Part shown: piece by piece, positions 1 through 11,702 of the stretch
Layout of the letters: each line of letters opens with the position of its first letter
Position numbering within the stretch: position 1 is the first letter of the stretch
Translations under genes and position numbers: made by a program
Origin: Amoebophrya sp. A120
Taxonomy: Eukaryota; Protista; Dinoflagellata
Assembly (NCBI GenBank): GCA_905178155.1
Contig: CAJINV010000003.1
Location: 10,346,339 to 10,410,338 of the forward strand
Length of the DNA stretch: 64,000 nt
Reading direction: 5' to 3'
Notes under the pieces: model-generated
The model's database searches: none
Seen by the model: the letters and a program-made list of their open reading frames with translations, nothing else
What the model was told of the DNA's origin: nothing

Positions 1-2001
1 AGACGCAACAATGCCGCCAAGTTGGGTACCGGGAAAAACGCGCGTCAGCCATGTGAAGGGCAACCCAGGGCCCATTCCAAAACCCAAGCGGGCCGACCGC
101 CGGGCTTGGCGGCTTCTGGTGCGCCGTGGTGGGAATGCCTTTGGGCCTGCCCACGTAAAGGTTGTAAACCTGCGGCAGCCTCGACCAGGTCCACGGAGGC
201 CGCGCGGGCTACTATGCCAACAAAAAAAGCAACAAACGCAGCGCACAGGTGCATTGTTTCCTCGGTGTAGCTGCAAAGACGGGCGGGCCAAGGCGCCGAG
301 GGTTTGGGGCGCAGGCGCCCCACGGATGCTATGGCACTGGGGGGCCTGGCCCCTTGGCAAGTCCGCCAGCGGGCCAATGCCGTGGGCTACTTGGTGGACT
401 GACGTCGCCGGGGCGCGGGTACCAGCTTCGCGACAGGGGCGGCTTTGGGGGGAGTCGCGAGGGCGGTTGGGTGTTGTTGTGGGCCCCGTCTGGCACGAGA
501 AAGGGCGCCGGCGGAGCCAGTCGCGCAGCGAGAGGCTTCCTGGGGGCAGGCGTTCCCGGAGCTGATGGCGGGGCTTTGCAAGCCTTGTAGCGGCGCTCGG
601 AAGGGGCGTGGCGGGCATGGTGCCGAAGGTGCGGAGGTCACTATTGTGAAAGCGGGCGCCATAGCGTCGCGATTCGTGATTTTCCATTGTTCTTGAGCAT
701 ACCGCCGCGCTTGGCCGATTTCGGCTCCAAAAGGGGGTCAATCCGGGACCTCCTTTTTGGCCTCCCCCGAGAGCCGGAACCACGACGGTATGCTGGATCT
801 CGATAGAGGTCCTTTTTGGAGGGTTTCGGCGATTCAAAAGGACCTCATTTGAATCGCGACATTGCAAAACCGTTGCATTTGTATTTCCCCGACTACAATC
901 CATTCAAAAAAAGGCGCGATCTGTTCTTTTTTTCCAGGTTTGTGACGGATACGCGGCGGCACTCGGCTGATACACGGCGCCACAGCTCAAGAAATAAAGG
1001 CTGCGCCCCACCCTGTTGTCCGAAAAGATTTGGCGGCCAGAAGAAAAGGGCCACGAACCAAAGGGCCGCCAACCAGTGGCGAGAGTCTTCTATTGGTGGG
1101 GAGAAGTGCAAATGCTGCCCGACCGATCACAGGCACCCACAGAAGAGGCGCCGAGGCTGCCGTGGTGTGGGCCACGGCGGAGATATATCGCGCCGCAAGC
1201 CCGGCTCGGGCGGCATGTAGTTCAGCAGCGCACCCGTAAAGGTGCCAAAGCCCCGCAGTGCCGACACGGGGCCCCAGGATAGCCTGGCGGCGCAGGCGTC
1301 CTATGCTTTTTTTCGATGGCACTGCGCCAGGGTTGGCACTGCGGCCGCGGCGCGCCGTGTTTTTCCCTCTCCCGGTGACAAGGCTCATAGCCCACACTAG
1401 AATCGGCTACGCCACCTTCTTTCGCAAGGCGTTTTGCCGAACTTTTGTGTCCCACAAAACAGAAAAGCAGATGGCGAAAATGGCGCCGCATTATTTCGGG
1501 GCTGGGGCCCCCACTACACAACGGCGGGCATGTTTTTCGTCCCGCGGCTTTTGGCCCCTTCTTCCTTGTTGTATGTGCGCGAGAAAAACCGCGCAAGAGA
1601 CAGCGCAACGTCGCTGATGGCAGAATAATGGGCCGTGCGTTGGCGCCAATCTGGCTAGTTCCAGTAGGACCCGGCTCTGCTTTTTTAGGCGCATAGCTCG
1701 TCGGCTCTCCGCCGCCACTCACGCGAAGCCGCTGCGTTTGGCACCGATCGCGGCCACGCCTTGGGGCCAAATAGTGGCAGGCTTGGGCTTCGAGGGTATC
1801 CGCTGTGTGGCCTCCTCTGCTGCCCCTTGCTGCGAATTCTTCACGCTTATGAATGCAGACACTCGCCTTTTTCCCGGTTTTGCTGCGTTCACGTACGCCT
1901 AAATAACGAAGTCAAGTTGAGATCGACCTAGCTTGTTCGTTTGATACTCTTCTGGGCGACGTTTCGGCGAACGCAAAAAACACCCAGAACACAGCCCATC
2001 C

Positions 2002-3480
2002 GTGCTGCTGTTCTTTTCAAGAATCAGGAAAAGCTTGGAACATGAAAAAAAATTTTTGAATCCGTTGATTTTGAATCGCTCAGTCCATCTCATATCAAAG
2101 ATGCGCATTCTTGCAAAGCGAAAGGCTGCAACTTCATTAAGAAAAAAACACCAGAGCTGCAAGTTCGAAGATGCAGGCTTAATTGACCCCTCGGGTCAAG
2201 GAGCTGAAAAAGAATCGCCCGAGACTCTGGAAGCAAGGGCAAAGCTCGTAGCCGGTTCGGAGAGTCACGAGTTCGGAGGTGAAAATGCGGAGCAGGAGCT
2301 GATTCCGCCCCGAGACGCACCGGCATCCGCGTCACCCGATCTATGAAAAAACAAGGGAACAAGGAAGTCGTTCTCTTGGTGGTTTGTAGGTTATTCCTCA
2401 ATGCTTTTGGTCAAAGACGGTCTAAAGGAACGATGTTAAAGAGGCTTTCAACCAACTTCGAAGATGACCGTCTGCCCTGCTGGCTGGCTCTTCGCGTCCT
2501 CGAGATCCCTCCTCGTCAAAGCCAAAAGTTATAAGGTTGAAACTGGAAAAATAAGAGCAAAACCAAAAGAGCGGCAAAACAGAAGGGAAACGTGTTCGAT
2601 TCATGGTCATTGCCGGATAATTAGCCGCACAGTGGTGCGAAAGCACAAGCTCAAGCACAACGTGTGCAGGTTCCAGAACTACTCAGAACATTAGAAGTGG
2701 TTTGCGTGTGCTGCTAACTATGAAACCCAAGAGAGCAGTATTTATGAATATATTGCAAAGTGGTCCATCTCGATCTTCACACGACTCTGCGGCTTCAGGA
2801 TCCGATCTCTATCATGGCCGAAATTGAAGAAGGAGGTGTATGCATGATGAAAAAGAGTAAGCTGCAGCATTTTATTGATACTGCAGTTTCCGCAGGGAGG
2901 TGCGGCTTTGTTCCAATCTTTTCTGCAGAGAATGTTGGTCGCTGTGGAAGATCTTCACGACTACGACAGACAAGTAAATATACACTGGAGCTCCATGCAC
3001 AAAAACAAAAAGCGAAGCACTTCAACTGCTCTACACAGTCGTGATGGTGATGATCCGCAACTCCACCTGTGCACGATGCTGATCTCTATTTCAATTTATA
3101 CTCATGTTAGAGTCATTTGGGATCAAAGCGCGGGGACCCATTTTTACGAGAATAAAATCGAAATACAAAATCATGGAGCATGCGTTTTTGTGCCTGTGGA
3201 TGCAAATTTTAGCACATATTTCATTGAGGTGGAGATGCAATTTCATGGGACAGCAGCAACTCTATCCTTTTCTATTTACCGACAACTGCTGACGGATAAA
3301 ATTGGAATTCCAAATGTGATTAACAGGAACAGGTAGGAGCAGGAGCAAGGCACAAGAGCAACAGGAGCACGCTGTTGCTACTGATGCGCACGAATATGAG
3401 TATGGAGAAGATGTAGAAGATGAAGAGTTAGAAGATGGAGCATCAGTGATCGTAGTCCGAATTGACAAAGTAAGATATGA
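2002..3480 (+). CDS. Probable 3' exons of an upstream hypothetical gene (fragmentary model)
   Basis: Short protein-like stretches with nearby AG/GT sites (KFEDAGLIDPSGQGAEKESPETLEARAK; LRLQDPISIMAEIEEG; RMLVAVEDLHDYDRQ; acidic EYEYGEDVEDEELED). No recognisable domain; exon joining not resolved. Confidence 0.3.
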
Positions 3481-3573
3481 TAACTTGAGAAAAAAAAACC
3501 ATTGGCATTATAGCAACCGAAACTATAAGTATAACTACACTGAATCTCCTCCTAGTATCCTGGTACGCAACCA

Positions 3574-6500
3574 ATGTCCGACTCCGACGAAGGCAACCCC
3601 TTTCTTGGCGGCGGACCAAACCCATTTGCAGGTGGCGTGGGGCTGGGAGGTGGCAAGTCTTCACATGCCTGGGAAGGCGAATCTTCGGAAGAGGATGAGC
3701 GTCCGGCGAAGCGGACTAAGCTATTTACCTCCGGCGGCAGTCACGGCATGAAATTCGTGAAGAAGGAGACCATTCAGCCGAAGGAAATTCCAAAAGCCAC
3801 AATCCACATGAAAGACAGCGAAGGAAAAAATCAGGCGACGTCTCCCGATGAAGCAGATTCTTCAGAACACGAAAACGATGACGATGAGGAAAACCCGGGC
3901 ACAATTGACCCCCGGTTCCAATTCCAATTTGACGCCTCCTCTGCGCAGCAGAGGAAAGAGCAGGGTCCGCAGATGCCTTCGAAGGTCCACCGTAGTGATC
4001 GGCAGCTCGCGGACGATTTCTCCAACCCGGTGCTTGCCTACATGAAGAAGATGGGCTGGAAAGGCGGGGGTCTCGGGGTCGACGAGCAAGGGCGCGCGAA
4101 TCCCTTGAAAGGTGCGTACGGACGCAAGAAGAACCAGGCGATCCAGGAAGACGGAGAAACCAAGCAGGAGGAGGACGATATGGCTCTCTCAAGCAGTGCA
4201 TTCGCATTTCGTGGTCGTGCATTTCTATTTGGCGATTTTTTTGTGTTTGTGACGCAAAGAAGCCTGTAAGTATAGAATAGTAAACTACGAATAGTGGCTT
4301 CCGTTTGTTCGATATTGTCCACGTGTCTGTGGTTGCCTGATCTTCCAGCTGGTTCTTCAAATGAGAAGGTTTGGACGCTCTCGAGAGCATGCTGGGAATC
4401 CGTGCCGGATTTGTAAGTAGAGCGCTGCAATCGCAATGGCAAAATAAAATAAGAAATAGTTTCCTAGTGGTCTTCGGGCCGTATCGTTCATCGGGCCGCC
4501 GGGCTGACAAGACATAAGTTAGTACCTCTAGTATCCTACTCCCGAAAGGAAAGCAAGGGCTCGGGATCTAGGACCCCCAGCGGTCCCCCGGGAGGTTGCC
4601 CAGTAGAGCTGCCCAGCGCTCGCCTGAATGAAGGTCCTCATTTGAAATTACAAGAAACACAAAACTGAATCGCATAGCAATTGCATTCTTTTGTACTGAC
4701 AAACATGCAAGCTCAAGCAATTAGCAAGAAGCATTTGCACATGAAAGTGTAACGTTTGAGAAGGCCATAGGCGACCGTAAGAAGCCCGACCAGCGCAGCG
4801 CGAGGGACATACTTCTTGGCGGAGCGACAGGCTTATGCAGTGCAAAAGTCTCGCTCTCGTTAACGTATTCGATTGGTAGTACTGTCATAAAACTAAAAAA
4901 GTTCAAGCTGCATAAAAGCCTAATATCGATGAGGCGAGGCCTATCCAGGAAAATAAAAGCACCCATTTCCATCCAATTTGTGTTTGTCCTGCAAAACATG
5001 CATAAACTCCAGTGTAGTTTGCCATCCAAACGATGGCTGGGGCTGGCTGTTTTTTCCTGGATAAGAACTGTGTTCGTGCAGTGCCGTTCGAAACGGAATT
5101 TACTATACGACTGCGATACTTTTGTACGGCATCAGGGGAGAAGAGCACACGCGACGTGATCCCGGGACTTGGAACCCACATGAGTAAAAGCGATCGCCAG
5201 GGATTCATTGGGGGCCGGAGAAGACAGAAAGACAAGAACGAGCAGCACCTGAAGAGGCGCGACCGCGAGGTATTCTATGAAACGGAAGATGGGGATGGCT
5301 TCTTTGAAGAAAAAACTGTGCAGTCTAGCACAATGCGCATCGTGGATATGACGCAAGCACGCGGCGCGCGCATCATCGGGGGTGCCGGAGAAATTATAGC
5401 TGGCTCTCGTCTGACTGCAAGAGCCGTCACCGCAGCGGAGCTGCGCGGTTCACTCATGCAGAGGACGGAGCGCCCGCTCGATGATCTACTTACGGGGCTC
5501 TCGGACCTGGTGTTGCGTACCGACCAAGACGCGGATGTGCTGCGCCGCCAGGTCACGGACTACCGGAGCAGCCTCGAGGTCTTGCAGGACGGGCAGGGCG
5601 TGGGCGACAATCTTGACGGCGAGTTCGGAACAAGTAGTGGCTCTTCATCTAGTGGCGCTGATGGCGCCGACGTCAAGAAGACGAGGCACAGGTCCCGCAG
5701 ACACCAACGCCGGACGAAGCGGCGCGCAGAGGATTGGGAGGACGTGCTCGAAGGCGTCCTGAATGACCTGGAAGTGCAATTCAAGCACCTGGACAGCGCT
5801 GCCGGGCTTGTGTCTTCATTTTCAGCACCAGGATACATCACTTCGGCGTCGTCCACTGATGCGGCGGCCACAGTTACAAGAGTCGAAGCAGAACTAATAA
5901 AGGTGATAGAGTACTTCGAAGAAGTGCTGCAGGCTCATGGGCCGGCCTTCTGGGCAGATTTCACCTTGGAACAGCTTTGCGCCGAGCATCTACTACCTAT
6001 TTTTCGCCATCGCGTCAACCTTTGGAACCCGCTTGACGAGTCGGATGAGCTAGATCCAGTGTTCGAGCGCATCCGCGACTTACTCGTTTTGGGCTCTTCC
6101 GCAACACTGGAGCAGACCCAAAACAAACAGCAGCGTGAGCTGTTCCAGAAACTGGAGCGGTGCAAAGCTTACAAGCTGCTGACCCAAGCGACCGTATACC
6201 CGAAGATTCGCACAGCAATTAGCAGCCCGGATTGTCGCCCGGCTGATTCCCCGGCTGCCTGCGGCGATTGTCTGCTCCTGTTCACCACTGCCAGTAATTT
6301 CCTGCCCTCTTTTTGCATCACCAACTTGGCTCGCCTAAACCTCGTGCCTAAGCTTCGAGAGCAGGCGCAAAAGTGGGACTGCGTGGCGAGCGAGGGCTTC
6401 TTGTCCTGGATTCCGGCTTTCCGCGAGTACCTGCTCGAAAGCGACCTCCGCGAAATCGCGCGCATCTGCAAGCAGAACGTTGCGCGCTACTTTTCTGGCC

Positions 6501-9500
6501 GTTGGCAACCGCTAGAGTTCTGTGCTGCGGCCAGAAGAAGTAGACAGGCTGCAGCGCAGCAGCTTTTAGAGGAAGACGAGCAACAGGACCGTCACGATAT
6601 TAACAAGGTCCCGGCCGTCGACGATAGCATACCGCCCGCCTCCGACTCGCAGCTGACCGGACCTGCGCTGGTGCGGAATTTGCGGCGCTTCCTCTCGGAC
6701 GAGGATGTCTATGACCTCGAGCAACGCGTCATTCTGCGCCTGCGGGAGGCCGTTCAGCCGGACGACTCTGATGAAGTGCTATTTGTGCTCGCGCCTTGGT
6801 ATGACGGCGTGGCCGCTCCGTTGGGCAGCAATGTTTCCCCCTCCACATTATCCTGAATAAGAACGTACTTACTCAACCGCCACAGCTGGTCAAGGTGAGA
6901 GTTTCTGTTTTTGCATTTTGTTGCTGTTGTGCATGACAAGTTTAGCTTTAGACTCAGTCACGGTGACGCTGTTGCTGCTGTGACCAAGAGCAGTGCAGCC
7001 GCAGGAGTAAGGCACTTTCTTATCCTGAACGGAGTATGACAAATATATAGGAAGTACAGTATGACAAATATTAATGTACAAGAACTTAGTTGAATTTATT
7101 TATTAGTACCATAATTACCACGCTCATCTAATTGCTGGCATCAAGATAAGCATACGCATCATGGCAAGGTTAGGTTGGGGAGGTTTTTCCACATGATATC
7201 CGAACAGGAGACGTCACAACTGCTCCAACGCTCTCCTTTTACTCGCGGAGGAGCTCTTCTTCCAGCCGCTGCGGCAAAACCTGAAACGGATTCTTGCGGC
7301 CATTTGCTCCTCTGACGCCGCCAGAATGTTTTTCGATGGGGCTGGGAAGGAGAAGCGCCTCTACAACGGACGGACGTTCTTGAGGGCTGCACCATTAGCA
7401 TCTTCAGAAGATCCGCAGGTCAATCGCGTGAAAACGGACCTGACGAAGTTGCTCACTCGTTTCTACCGACGGGTGCGGGCTCGCTTCGCCGATGCAACGC
7501 TAGCGCAAAATGGCGACCTGGCGATGCAATTTTCGTACCTGCTTGAGGTGTTTGAGTGCTATGCGCTGGACCAGGGGAAGTTCTCGAGTGCGTCCTCTTA
7601 CGTCTTGGACCTCGACGGACTAGAAACTGGCCCTGCCCTGCAGGTTGGTGACAAGGGACAGTTGTACGCGAACCGGGGGAACAGCGGGCTTTCCGAGCGC
7701 GAGAAGACCCTCAGGCGCTACGCAGATATGCTAAAGGAGGACAAGCAGCGCGCCGCCTTGCGGCAGAAGGACCGGCAGCACATGGAGGAGCCAGACATGG
7801 GCTTGCGTGAGTATGCCCCGCTCCCCAGATGAAGCGATCTCAGTTCGAGTGATGGGTTTACGGTTTTTTATGAACAATTTGGATTTCGGTTGCGCACGTT
7901 TTTGGTCACTTTTTAAACAAAGGACCGTCCAGTTTACGTGGATGCAACTGCAAGGCTTGAATTTGTTTTGCATAAAGTTCAAAATGTAAAAAGCAAAGTC
8001 TTTTTGTTGCAATTCCAATGCTGCACTGCGATGATTACGAAACCAGGTTGCTTTTGAATTTCTGTTTCAGTGCGGTCGTTCGGCGCGGTTGCATCCCCCG
8101 GGGGCGATGCCGGGTTACCAAGGTCCACTGGATTTCTTTCTTTTTACATGTTTTCCCACGCTTTGTATTTCTGCTTTGTGTGACGTAGAGAGATGACCCA
8201 ATCCAGGATATTTTGGCTGCGTCCCCTGCTTCCAACTTGCCTCATCTCGGCCTTTTACGATCTACCACCCGGTGATGGAGAGATAGAGGGTATAGCGCTA
8301 TTTTGTCACACCGTCTCACGGTCACTGCGTACAGTCTGCATGGGCATGATTTTACGCAGGATTATTGTGCGTGGTTTATATGGTTGAAAAGTCGCGACAT
8401 TATATTGAGAATGAAAACGGGCCTGGCTCCCAAGATTGCCCTAGGTGGCAGATACACTCGGCCCCAGATCCCGCCTGCGCCCCTGCGGGCCGATCCCTCT
8501 CGTCATAATCTCAGAAGCTTGCGGCGTTTTTGCGTTTATTTTTCTGGCACCTAGAGACCCACGCCCCGGCTGTACCCCCCGGCCGTTGTCGCATTGGAAC
8601 GCCCCCAAGGTTGCCCACGTGTGTTCGAACAAGAACGCAAGCAAATAGGTTGCAGCCATCTACCGCCTCCGTTTTTTGACATAGATAACACGGGCCGCGC
8701 GAGCTGGCACGCAAATAGGTGGGTAGGTGCTCTAAGCTGTAGCGCTGGGCGGACTTAAGCCCATGCCACCGCTTTGCAATGTTAGTTTCGAGCCTGTAGC
8801 CCCCCCACCTTCCGAAAGCACCCCACGGAAGCCCCCCCCCCTATATTTTATTGCGTTCTGGCCGATCGCCCCCGCAGGTGTTTTTCCGTGCCTGCGCCCG
8901 ATCTCACCCGGTAGCCCCGAGCGCCTGCCCCGCCCTCGTTTCGCCGCCTGGCCGCGCATTATGATTGCCGGCCACTGCTGGAGGGCGATCGCGGTGGTCG
9001 AAGCTCGTGGCTTTTTTTCGGGTTTGTTCCGAATTGTTTTCCAGTGCCAGGCGCGACGGCCGTGCAGTTTTGTCATGCCGACACGGCACGGGATAGTGAC
9101 GCCCCGGCTTTTGTGTGGCGTCTGTAATTACAGACGAAGGCACAGCAGCAGCGCCTTGCTTTGTTCCGCCCCACCCCGACGAGCCGACGCCCGTTCGGTG
9201 TTGGGTTATTAGGCGCCGCAAAAATCTTGCCAGGCCTGTCACTGGCAAGATTGTGGCACTGCGTAGCAGTAAAGGACTAGCAGCAGGAGCCCGGGGCTTG
9301 TTTTTCTTTTCGTTTTTTTCATGCGCGTAATTGATTCTGCCACTCGGGGAGCTGTGCGCTCGCTGTCGTATCTATTTGCATCGCCCCGCCCATTGATCCC
9401 CCGCCCTGCTTCTCGCAGTTTGCTGGGTGGGCTGCCCAAAAATGGCGGGCGAAGCCCTGCAGCCCGTAACCTTTGACAGCGGAGCAGCGCTGGCCCTCTT

Positions 9501-11347
9501 CGGTTCGGGGCCAGTGCTTGGCAACGATTTGCGGGACGCGCGTCGCGTCTGGTCTTTTTGCATGCGGAGACTTTTCGACGCCTTTTGGCTTTCGCCGATG
9601 CCCTGACACTGGGTGGAACACTGTCTGCGTGGTTGATGCCTGGATCCCAGCACCCCCCGCGCTCGCAGATCATATTGCCAACATTGCCCCCAGACAGACT
9701 TTGCGCGTTGGTATAATCTAGCGCGGTGCTTGGTTTCTCCAGCCTTTTCCTTTCCCCGATGGGGGGAAGGAAAGGCCGCTCCCCTCCTACCGATCCGGAC
9801 GGATCAAAAATCGCGCAGGATCCGCCAGATAGAACACCAACGGCGACGCTGGTCCGTCCCATTTGCCTAGCTGACGCCCGGCCCCTGCAGCTTGTCAGCA
9901 CATCAAACCGCCGGCGTTTCCATGAAAGTAAAGCCGGCGCGTGAGCGTGCGCGCGTGCGAAAGAGAGAGAGAAACTTCGGAGAGCGTGCGAAGGCCTTGG
10001 CGCTGTCGTCGCTGTGAACAGGCCAGCAACTTCCGAAGAATTGCGAGCCCTTTCGGAAGAGTAGAGAAGTTCCCGCCTGGCCAACTCGCCGGCGCGGTTG
10101 GGGAGAACCTTGCGCACGTCGCGCGTGTCGACTTTAGCGCACAGCTGCTGCTGGTTTTGCGCAGCTTTTTCGTCGAATAGCCGCACTGCTTTCGCTTGCG
10201 TTCAAGATGATCGCGAAGACCTCCGCGCGGAACTGAGCGGCTGCGCCCGGTTGCTCGGCCCTGGAGCGCGTGCAGTGTGGTCGTTTGGCCTTGCCCCCAT
10301 GCCCTTGCTTGGTCGAGTGTATGACGGAGAACGAGGCTGAGACTCCGCGCCCCGTCGCTTGTCCCATCCCTCTGGATCCGTCGACGATGTTTTCGGTTGG
10401 AGCGGTGTGCGTTCATTGTCGTGCTGATGGTGTAGCTCCCAGCTGCTTCACTTCGTTCTGCGTAGGTTCTGGTCTTAAATTCCCACCCAGCGTCGTCCTC
10501 CCCAGGAATGACTCGGACACTGCACATTTTCACGGCGTGGCTGCATAGTAGATTTGTGATGCTGCACACCTAGCGGAGAGATACTTTCACTTGCAGACCG
10601 TCATCTGCAATTTTTTTGCACCAAAGAAAAACTGTTGCAGTTGAGATTGTTTCAGCTGAGGCTTCCATAGCGAGGTGTTGGAGCAGTGCGCCGCGGAACA
10701 GAATGTGGCCTTCGTCGAGAAAAAGGGATTTGTTTCAGCTTCTGGTATATGCCTTGCAGCTGTATGTGTATCGTATGCATTTTAGAATTGGTGCTCGAGA
10801 GAAATATACATATAGAGAAGTCGCGAGAGGTGGATGAAAATTTTTCATGCAGAGGCAGATTCAGGTATAGACTAAGATGAGATTATTTGTCATGCATGCA
10901 AGACTAAGACAAAATTTAGATACGAATGCGATACTTCTTTGGCAGTATACGGAAAGCAGTGGTTCACATTCGGGAAGAAGCACTTCATTTTATGCATAGC
11001 AAATATGTCTGAGTCTGAGTCAAGAACAAGGTAGAAGAGTGCAAGTTTGTACTGCTAAAATCCCTGTCATTGTCATGCAAAAATAAAATGCAAGCTGCCA
11101 GCGAAGGGAAGAGAGCGAAACACCATAGGACCTCGAAAACTTGTCTTTGTCATGCGTGGCTGGTGCATATCGCAGCGCGCTCACGACCATTCACAAACTA
11201 GCATCATAAGTTTCCCGACTCAGACATATTTGCACTCGATGCATGTACTGGGAAAACGACATCTGCTTCTACACCACGAGTCTGCAAGCCAAGGACAAAA
11301 TTTTTCCGACCAGTCTCGAGAACCTGTTGCAGATTGTCAAAAAATGA
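3574..11347 (+). CDS. TFIP11: Tuftelin-interacting protein 11 / Ntr1-Spp382-like G-patch spliceosome disassembly factor (6 exons)
   Basis: G-patch motif LAYMKKMGWKGGGLGVDEQGRANPL, a long helical GCFC-like middle region (5155-6821), and a C-terminus assembled across introns as GLREVLEQCAAEQNVAFVEKKGFVSASGKQWFTFGKKHF..WENDICFY..IFPTSLENLLQIVKK*, resembling the TFIP11 C-terminal GKQLY.FG...PTSL pattern. Approximate exons 3574-4178, 5155-6821, 7204-7811, 10675-10747, 10955-10986, ~11246-11347 (TGA). Confidence 0.8.
4834..5133. mobile_element. Family-B TIR element nested in TFIP11 intron 1
   Basis: Left end TATGCAGTGCAAAAGTCTCGCTCTCGT, right end TATACGACTGCGATACTTTTGTACGGCATC. Both match the TIR of 28543-31351 and 16077-16240. 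Confidence 0.7.
4942..5063 (-). mobile_element. Family-A MITE, reverse orientation, nested inside the family-B element
   Basis: TIR TATCCAGGAAAA...TTTTCCTGGATA. Body is a reverse-complement relative of 21969-22077 and 40487-40595 (CCATCCAATTTG, AAAACATGC, TTGCCAT). Confidence 0.8.
6822..7198 (+). mobile_element. Putative degenerate inverted-repeat intron (TFIP11 intron 2)
   Basis: Flanks TCCGT/TCCGA, right end ...GATA, weak end complementarity (CCTCCACA..ATCCTG..CGTA vs reverse complement CCTCCCCA..ACCTTG..CGTA). Removal gives VAAPNRRRHNCSNALLLLAEELFF and skips the in-frame TGA at 6854. Confidence 0.45.
7812..10669 (+). mobile_element. 2858-bp TAT...ATA TIR introner (TFIP11 intron 3)
   Basis: 5-bp repeats GTGAG (7807-7811) / GCGAG (10670-10674). 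Inverted ends CAGATGAAGCGATCTCA vs TGAGATTGTTTCAGCTG. Removal joins GLRE|VLEQCAAEQ in frame; no slid register gives GT-AG. Confidence 0.85.
8441..10573. mobile_element. Putative nested TIR element with CTAG/TA ends inside TFIP11 intron 3
   Basis: Left CTAGGTGGCAGATACAC, right GTGATGCTGCACACCTAG (imperfect inverted repeat), GC-rich interior without recognisable coding. Confidence 0.45.
10748..10949 (+). mobile_element. Family-B TAT...ATA introner (TFIP11 intron 4)
   Basis: Flanks TGGTA/CGGAA. Right end ATACGAATGCGATACTTCTTTGGCAGTATA resembles the family-B TIR. Removal gives ASG|KQWFTFGKK. Confidence 0.8.
10991..11247 (+). mobile_element. TAT...GTA inverted-repeat intron (TFIP11 intron 5)
   Basis: Perfect 17-bp inverted repeat GCAAATATGTCTGAGTC (10999-11015) / GACTCAGACATATTTGC (11217-11233), extending to ATGCAT on both sides. 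Removal restores KKHF(Y)WENDICFY. No GT-AG. Confidence 0.75.
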
Positions 11348-11702
11348 TGATCTTCATGATGCAGCATTTGCTGCATTATGGCGATGTGCGGCAACAGTAG
11401 TGGTACAACTAGTACTCAGAATCAGAAACCTACGCTCAAAGCGACCACTCTGACCACGGGTCCGCCGTACTCGACTGTTGATTTGCCCTTTTACAACAAC
11501 GGCTGACAATTGCACTTCCCCATTTAAGAGTATGAGTAAGACTGAGCCATGGAGCACAGTATTGAAAACGAAAAGCCAGGTGAAGGTGAACAAGAAGTGT
11601 CACACCTTCGCCACCCCATGATAAGACATAGTTGGACCAGATCCAAGCACCAGGTAAAAGGCAATAAATTTGACAAGTAGATCATATTTATAGATCATTC
11701 AG

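Larger units (their letters stand above)
4179..5149 (+). mobile_element. Putative degenerate TIR introner (TFIP11 intron 1)
   Basis: Starts TATGGCTCTCTC, ends GAGAAGAGCACA (imperfect inverted repeat). Flanks GACGA/CGCGA. Removal gives in-frame EEDDVIPGLG. Exact boundaries uncertain. Confidence 0.5.

Noticed and set aside
6854-6856. In-frame TGA in TFIP11 that, read as Trp, would run to a GT donor at 6894 and splice in frame at 7207, suggesting stop-codon reassignment as reported for one Amoebophrya strain
   Set aside because: An inverted-repeat intron at ~6822-7203 explains it without recoding. Long exons elsewhere have no internal stops, and genes here end in TGA, TAA and TAG. Not formally excluded without cDNA.
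9239-10186. 315-aa minus-strand ORF inside the 2.86-kb introner
   Set aside because: No recognisable domain; composition is typical of chance ORFs in GC-rich DNA.
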